Made by a program: the position numbers and the translations under genes. A stretch of DNA of 64,000 nt from Schizosaccharomyces osmophilus (Eukaryota): the NCBI RefSeq assembly GCF_027921745.1, contig NC_079238.1, forward strand, positions 2,976,001 to 3,040,000, in the 5' to 3' direction. Position 1 is the stretch's first letter; every line of letters begins with the position of its first letter. A model generated the notes under the pieces. The model saw nothing but the letters and a program-made list of their open reading frames with translations, did no database searches and was not told where the DNA came from. Shown here piece by piece: positions 57,257-64,000 of the stretch.

Positions 57257-58171
57257 ATGAGAAAAAAGGTTCTTTTGATGGGCCGTAGTGGAAGCGGCAA
57301 AAGCTCCATGCGAAGTATCGTCTTTAGCAATTATGTTGCAAAGAATACTCGAAGATTAGGTGCTACCATCGATATTGAACATTCGCACGTCCGATTCCTT
57401 GGAAATTTAGTTTTAAATTTATGGGATTGTGGTGGTCAAGAAGCATTTATGGAAAACTATCTGTCCGCCCAAAGAGATCACATTTTCAGGAACGTTCAGG
57501 TCCTTATTTATGTCTTTGACGTCGAATCCAGGGAATTTGAGAGAGATTTGGTATCTTTTAGGAATTGCTTAGAAGCTACCATAGCCAATAGTCCCCAGGC
57601 TCGGGTTTTTTGCCTGATTCACAAGATGGACTTGGTCCAGGAAGATCTAAGAGATTTGGTGTTTGAAGAACGGAAAGCAATTTTATTAGAAGCTAGCAAA
57701 GAACTCAACACTACCTGTCTAGCTACTTCTATCTGGGATGAAACCTTGTTTAAGGCATGGTCAGCGATTGTATATACATTGATTCCCAATACTCCCACAT
57801 TGGAATCTCATCTACGGGAATTCTGTAAAGCTGCTGAAGCCGCCGAAGTTGTTTTGTTTGAAAGGACCACATTTTTGGTAATTTCTTCTTATTCTTCTGA
57901 TGAAACCGTTGCTGTTGATACGCATAGGTTTGAAAAAATAAGCAATATCGTCAAGCAGTTTAAATTAAGCTGCAGCAAAATGCAAGCGCAGTTCACTACC
58001 TTTGAGCTTCGCGGTGGAAATTTCTCTGCTTTTATTGTCCCCTATACTGAAGATACATACATATTAGTGGTCATAGCAGACCCTGAAATTGAGTCCGCTG
58101 CTACTCTCATGAATATACAAAGTGCTCGTCGGTATATTGAAACCTCAAAAGCAAATAGTTCTCAAAACTAG
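57257..58171 (+). CDS. gtr1: Rag GTPase Gtr1 (RagA/B)
   Basis: [35 protein letters not shown] and TSIWDE motifs. Confidence 0.97.
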   Translation: MRKKVLLMGRSGSGKSSMRSIVFSNYVAKNTRRLGATIDIEHSHVRFLGNLVLNLWDCGGQEAFMENYLSAQRDHIFRNVQVLIYVFDVESREFERDLVSFRNCLEATIANSPQARVFCLIHKMDLVQEDLRDLVFEERKAILLEASKELNTTCLATSIWDETLFKAWSAIVYTLIPNTPTLESHLREFCKAAEAAEVVLFERTTFLVISSYSSDETVAVDTHRFEKISNIVKQFKLSCSKMQAQFTTFELRGGNFSAFIVPYTEDTYILVVIADPEIESAATLMNIQSARRYIETSKANSSQN

Positions 58172-58448
58172 TTATGCTATTTACATTGTTTGATCAAAGA
58201 TTCTTCTTTGTGTTTAATTATTTTTCTTCGTTCATTGATATATTGATGAATGAATACAGCAGTCCAACTTTTAGTTTATAAAATAATTTTGATGATGCTT
58301 CTTTGTAAGTGGTTTTGCATTGAATATTTCAAAGTCAGCAATTGTACTATGATTCAGCATCCTTAAGCAACTTTAAGCTGAATTCTTTTCGTTATATTCC
58401 GCATTATTATTCATCTCATTCTATCGATTAATCTATATTAAACTAAAC

Positions 58449-59820
58449 CTAAAGGGATATAAAGTCGATATTATCATCTACTGACTGACTCACACCTGCC
58501 GACTTTGAATCTACACCAGTACTATTAGTTGCTAAAGTTTCTGTATCTTTTCGCTCTTCAGCTGATTTCCGATTACCATTCTTCTCAAGGGCTCCATGAT
58601 ATAACCGGCACTGGGGATTAGCGCAAGAACCATTCATTGCGAATTCGCTGCATTGCAAAACATGTTTTTCTTTGCACGAGGTACCGAGCTCGCAATAGCT
58701 GTACTTGGCGAATTCAAAACAAATCGGTGCAGTCTCGGAGTAGTGTACATGGACATAACGGCAATTCACATTGTTGCATTTGCCCTGCAAAAAATAATAG
58801 CAGGCAGGGATTCGCTTCGTGTCCAAATCGTGCGATAGACTACATTTTTCACCTTTTGTACATTTTTCATTCAAAAACTTTGGACAAATCATTCTTCTGG
58901 AAGGATCATGCACAAACATACACGACGAACCGTTTGCACAATAACCACTGGAATTATAATATCGGCAATAGACACTAGACGGAGAGTTCCCTACCTCCTT
59001 AAACAAATTCTTCTTGGTTTGTAAATAAGCTTTGTTATTCCAATAAAAGTGCTTTGGAGGGCTTGGGTTTTCATCAACGTATTCCAAAACATTGGTACTA
59101 GAAACATCAGCTAAGTAAGAACGCTCGTCTATGGTTAAGAGTTGCTTCGTTCCACTCTGCAAATTGTTTTGTAAATAGTTTTTAATACGTGATTTTCGTT
59201 CTTTTTGAATTTTCTCACGTTGTGCCTCTAAGCTAGCTTGCCTAGCCTGCAGGTCAAGTTCGAATATATTTTTTCGAATTAGCTGCATATGTCGGTCTTT
59301 TTTGGATACATACTGAGAAGTATCCGAAGTGGAATCATCGTTATTCTTTAAGTCATGATGTGTTGAGGGAATAGAGTAGGGCGCAGATGAATCCAATGGC
59401 CGGTTGGCCTTTGTAGAAGGATTAACTACAAGCGACTGGTTTCGAGATGCAGCACGGGGAAATTTTCTTGCTTTCCATTTTGCATCCTGGCTTTCTGGGG
59501 GATCGGCAAGTCCTATATACTATATTAGCGGATTACATTCGTTAACGAAAGTCAGCATACCTTGTTGATTTTTATATGTATTGATTGCACCTAAGACGTT
59601 AGTAATGGATTCCTCCATAACCGTAAAAGAAACCTGTGTTCATAAAATATTGCTTTACACTACTGAAATAGGAAAAAAGAAAAAAAAACCCCCCTTGGAA
59701 CGCTTTTCATATATAATGAACACAAGCCAAAAGTAAAAGCGCTAGGAAAGGAAAAAAGAAAAAGAAAAACGACTTACCGGCAAGAGAGGCGATTTGTTGC
59801 AATAATTGCTGTTCGTCCAT
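58449..59820 (-). CDS. red5: CCCH zinc-finger protein Red5 (ZC3H3-like, MTREC), exons 59820-59778, 59590-59561, 59512-58449
   Basis: Spliced N-terminus MDEQQLLQQIASLAGAINTYKNQQ, YVSKKDRHMQLI and five CCCH fingers. Confidence 0.88.
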
Positions 59821-61080
59821 CTTTTAATAATTTAATGTGAAAAATTTGAACAGCATATAAATATAATTTAACTTTTGAAAAAGAACTAAAGAAGTAGAAC
59901 AATAAAAATCTAAGGTAGAGAAATAAAAAAAGGCCGAAATAAAATAAGTCTTTATATTCCAAAAAAAAACAACCAATTTTTTTTTTACTAGACCTTTTCT
60001 AACCAAAATTCAGCCAACTTTTCACCTTTCCAATTTTCTCTTTAATTTAAATAAAAAAAGAAAAATTGTTAAAATAATATATGTCAGAACTACACTCTGG
60101 ATTCTACCAAGAAAAAGTTGGGTTGGTGGTTAATGACAAGTAGCAGCACTATACCATAATTTCTCATATAGAAGTGAGAAGTAAATCAAACGAAAGAATC
60201 CAAGCAAAAGATATGATTTATTGAAGCAGTAAATAATAGAATAATGAAATTTTCTAATCAATTCTTGCAACTGTTTAAAGGCGACCGAAACATTCTGTTC
60301 CAATGAAGATGAAATCGCCATCCGTAGTTTTTGTGGATCTGTCGACGACATAGAAGTTGTAATTCTTTAGAAAGATATTTGATTCAATTCTAACAAAATT
60401 TGGTTTGCTCCTACATGAAAGAAGTGCTTTTAAATTCAAATCGACAAACGTGCCATGTCTTTCAAGGATACCTTCGAGCTGTTCACCTAAAAGAAAAAAC
60501 CCTTTTTCATTCTTTTCAATGTATTTTCTTTCAACAGCAATTCTTTCTATAGCAAATCCATTGTGGCACATTTATTTATTTATTTATATTTTGTCAAAAA
60601 AAAAACAAACAAACAAACCAACTGACGGAATAACGATCTGTAAAGCATATTGCTTCATACTATAGTATTGTCTATACCGCGACTTAGTGTATGATAACAC
60701 AATTTACTAAATTATTGGCTGGTGAGTTTGTTAGACGTATGGGAAAGAAGAAATTTTTACTTTACCTAATCAAGATCACACCTCTTGGCAAATATATAGG
60801 AAACGCGCCAGGCACATTTTCAGTTGACCTTTTCCATACTTTCTACCGCAAAACGCGCGCGCATCGTTTGACAGATTCTTTCAGCTACCGCCAAAGGCTT
60901 CTAGGAAGTATTCGCCATCATCGTTCAAAAAAAGCAGCGATAGAAATTTGAAGCAAATAAACAATTCATTTGAGAATTGAATTGCTATTCTTCTTGGCTT
61001 TTAGTTCCCTTGCCCCTTACTAGAAACGAATTTAATTTTCTACTTTTAATTTTGCGTTATAAACTCACATTTTCCTCAAC

Positions 61081-61977
61081 ATGCAGTCGTCCACATTGGT
61101 TTTGACTTCTCCTAGTTTTGCGTCGTCTGAACAGGAATTGAAGCATGTCTTCAGCCTTATTGATGCCAATAGCGAACGTGAGTTGCAAATGATTGACCGC
61201 GTTCAGTCAAATTTAGTGACTCTACCCGTGAATAAATACATTTCCGTGATTGTTGCCTTAGACACGGCCAACTGGTCGTCTGTCTTGACACCCATCTTTC
61301 CTCAAGTGTTTGCTTGCATCCAACCAGGTGGTAATTTGCGTGTGCATTCTTCTGTCGGTGACAATGACGGTTCCTTCGAATTGACTGCTTTAATGGCTGG
61401 TTGGATGATCGAGTCCAAGAATCCCTGGATACTATCTCGTCCCGCTCAAGTGGAGGCTGTACCCATTAAACTGAACCGCTCCAAGGGTGGACCTTCGAAC
61501 GAAACCAAGACGTCTTTGAACTTTTCGAAATCCGATAAACAGGCCACTTTATCCTCGATTCAAAATGGGTCTGAAGACGAAGAAGATCAGGACGTGATTG
61601 ACGAGGACGAGCTCATTGATGAAGCAGACCGCACTGGTGACAATGTCCTTCGCCCACCAGAGTGCAAGCCTGCTCCTAACAAGAAGAAACGTGCTTGCAA
61701 AAACTGTACATGCGGTTTGAGTGAGGTTGAACAAAAGGAATCTTCAAAGGCATCAGCTCAATTGGAAACTGTGAAATTGAACGACACTGGCGAAGTCGAC
61801 TTTACAGAAAAATTGAAGAGCAAGAATGCTGTATCCAGTTGTGGAAATTGCTATCTGGGCGATGCTTTTCGCTGTAGCGGCTGCCCATACATCGGTCTTC
61901 CGGCTTTCAATCCCGGTGAACCAATTGTCTTGGCGGAAAACCGCGATAAGATGTCTTGGATGGCTGACGACCTTTAA
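61081..61977 (+). CDS. dre2: Fe-S cluster assembly protein Dre2 (anamorsin)
   Basis: [20 protein letters not shown] and [25 protein letters not shown] motifs. Confidence 0.97.
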   Translation: MQSSTLVLTSPSFASSEQELKHVFSLIDANSERELQMIDRVQSNLVTLPVNKYISVIVALDTANWSSVLTPIFPQVFACIQPGGNLRVHSSVGDNDGSFELTALMAGWMIESKNPWILSRPAQVEAVPIKLNRSKGGPSNETKTSLNFSKSDKQATLSSIQNGSEDEEDQDVIDEDELIDEADRTGDNVLRPPECKPAPNKKKRACKNCTCGLSEVEQKESSKASAQLETVKLNDTGEVDFTEKLKSKNAVSSCGNCYLGDAFRCSGCPYIGLPAFNPGEPIVLAENRDKMSWMADDL

Positions 61978-62351
61978 AATCTTACTCACGAATGACTGTA
62001 GAAATTTATTCCGTGAAAGTTTTCGTTTGTACATGTAGTTTAGTATATTCCTCCCCCTTCCTGTCTTTGTTTATCTCTTAATTTAATGATTCAGTCGCAT
62101 TCTTTTTGGTTAGGTTACTGTAGTTTTTATTCCTTGAACTGTTTTATGTTTTTAGGTTGTAATATCGAAAAAGAAGTTCATTAGTTTGTAGTATGAACCA
62201 TTATACATTGTTTGAAGCATATGCATAGCTTTTCGTACTTTTCACAAATTCTTCCAAATAGAAGCAGCGTGTATATCTAAACATGGCCATATGTTACTAC
62301 ATAAGGATCCCCCATGCGTTGGGTATTTGCGCAATAAAGATACCTTTTGCT

Positions 62352-62918
62352 TTAGGCTAATAGACCAAGATAAATTTGTTTCTCCTTCGCCATCCAAATT
62401 ATACTTATGGTGGACACAATGATGGGACTGAGCAAACCAGCACCCATGTTTGCACTCCGAAAGAGAAGCCATTCAGTTAAAAAGTGGAAGCTAGCCAAGT
62501 AGTAAGTACACTGGCAGATAAAATAAATACTAAAACAAACAACTGATTAATAGACAACGCAGAGCATATTAAACTTAAGACTTACTCTGCACTTGACATA
62601 TGATAGGCACAGTAAATACGAATAAGTGCGCTCAAAAAAGTCCAGAGACCAAAGGTGCGGCCTTGTAGTCCATTTACTAAATATAAAAGTTAGTAATCGC
62701 CGAACTTGAGGAGGATAGTAGACGAAAATGGGAAAAGCTTCTACGTTTCAAGTCCTACCTTCCTTAGAATTACTGTATACGCGTTTCGTCAGCTTGGGAG
62801 TAATGTAGGATTGGATGGTATTAAAAATGGCAGCAAATCCGACCAAAAGGTTCCATTTGGCTAATGTACCTTCCGGAAGATTATTAAAAACAAACGAAGC
62901 AAAGGTAGAGAAAACCAT
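62352..62918 (-). CDS. erg28: Ergosterol biosynthesis scaffold Erg28, exons 62918-62759, 62676-62586, 62529-62352
   Basis: Spliced product LPEGTLAKWNLLVG..IFNTIQSY...VNGLQGRTFGLWT..SALIRIYCAY...HFLTEWLLF...SPIIVSTISIIWM. Missing from the ORF track. Confidence 0.92.
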
Positions 62919-63451
62919 GTTGACTCAAGCAATGGTATGGTAAGACTTAAAGGAGTAGTAAACGAGTATCACTAAAGTGGTGAAAAGGACCTTGAAAGAT
63001 CCGACTGATTAACAAAAAATATTCCTCACTACATACTTTTTATTGTTTTGTTTATTTACTTTTTGTTTGTTACTTTTTCTTCTATAGTATAGACTGAAAA
63101 TTCCATCGCTTGCACATAGCCTACGAAAACTCAATAAACCTTTTACCTATAAAGGTTCTACACATATATTAAATAACAAGGAAATAGTGAAAGTGATTCG
63201 TATGGATTCAATTGTAAGTAATTTGAACATCAACTAGTTGCAACCCAGTGTCCCAATATTTACGAACACTTTTCTTGATCTCCACAATTACGACGCTCCT
63301 AACTCTTACGACAATAATACAATTATAAGTACTACAATTTTATCTTTCATTTCTTTTCATTACTCATTAATAGAAAACAATAACATTGCATAGGTTTTTC
63401 AACTTGTACTAAAATCGCTTGAACTGAACTTGTTCTAGTGAAGCAATAACC

Positions 63452-63998
63452 CAGTCACAAAAATTTGGTCGCACACAACGCGTCGAAAAACCATTTACTC
63501 TTGTCTATACAGTACCTGTAATCTACTCTATTTTATGCTTTGGTCCATCTAAAAACACACTATGTGAAAAAAACAGCGGATACTCAGTCGAAGTTTGCGA
63601 ATAGTCGTTGTTTGAATACTTTGAAATTCGTACGCAACTGGAGTACTGTTGGATGCTTTCTTTGATAAACACAGTTTCTTGTCGAAATGGGGAACGAGCT
63701 AGTTGGTCATTCTATGTCGCTTGACGCGTCTGTTAAAAGCGCGATTCGTAAACACACCAATTGCAAACACGACGTAGGGCCTAATTGATCCTAGAAGCTT
63801 TTAATCCATGCTAATTCTTAAAAGAAATGCCTTTGAATGCAAGAATATCAAAGTTCTTTCGAGTATACTTTGACATGATCCTCATAACTTCAGTTTGCTT
63901 AATTAACGAAATTTCTTTCTACTGCGTTTGCAATATTAACGACGTTGAATGTGATAATTAAGCTTAGTAAAACGCGTTTAGGGCGATATGTGACGTCA
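63452..63998. promoter_or_regulatory. Cluster of promoter motifs: Homol D, three MCB, FLEX core, CRE
   Basis: CAGTCACA 63452-59; ACGCGT at 63478, 63724 and 63972; GTAAACA 63748-54; TGACGTCA 63991-98. Confidence 0.5.
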
Positions 63999-64000
63999 AT

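Noticed and set aside
2884..62918. erg27 and erg28 (and several RNA-processing genes) as a functional gene cluster
   Set aside because: They are about 58 kb apart and separated by unrelated housekeeping genes, which fits ordinary synteny.
1..64000. Tf LTRs, wtf genes, 5S rDNA, CRISPR arrays or prokaryotic systems
   Set aside because: I recognised none. The sequence is eukaryotic single-copy housekeeping DNA, though highly decayed elements could escape reading by eye.

Overview
Gene-dense, intron-containing eukaryotic DNA from a fission yeast (Schizosaccharomyces). The proteins diverge from the S. pombe sequences as I recall them, so this is probably the octosporus/cryophilus/osmophilus clade; I cannot fix the species. 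From memory, gene order matches S. pombe chromosome II (SPBC1709-SPBC1734-SPBC337): cft1 (truncated by the window edge), pop8, erg27, dus2, tRNA-Phe, sks2, cyp3, a DUF3844 gene, vrs1, chs2, pst3, rsc4, suc1, atp3, alg12, mas5, ipa1, yea4, hse1, trs85, rhp18, spf31, anp1, fol1, cdc27, esf1, cho1, coq7, rpb4, gtr1, red5, dre2, erg28. I built the exon structures by hand from GT..CTRAY..AG signals and reading frame. I saw no transposon, LTR or CRISPR array. The most interesting observations are: (1) a box H/ACA-type RNA inside the unusually long ipa1 intron, whose first pocket is complementary to the U2 snRNA branch-recognition region (snR81-like, U2 Psi42); (2) a potato-I/I78-type protease-inhibitor domain fused to the C-terminus of the Alg12 mannosyltransferase; (3) a Homol D box overlapping the fol1 start codon; (4) a tandem acceptor in vrs1 whose distal choice creates a stop codon; (5) a structured dus2 intron.
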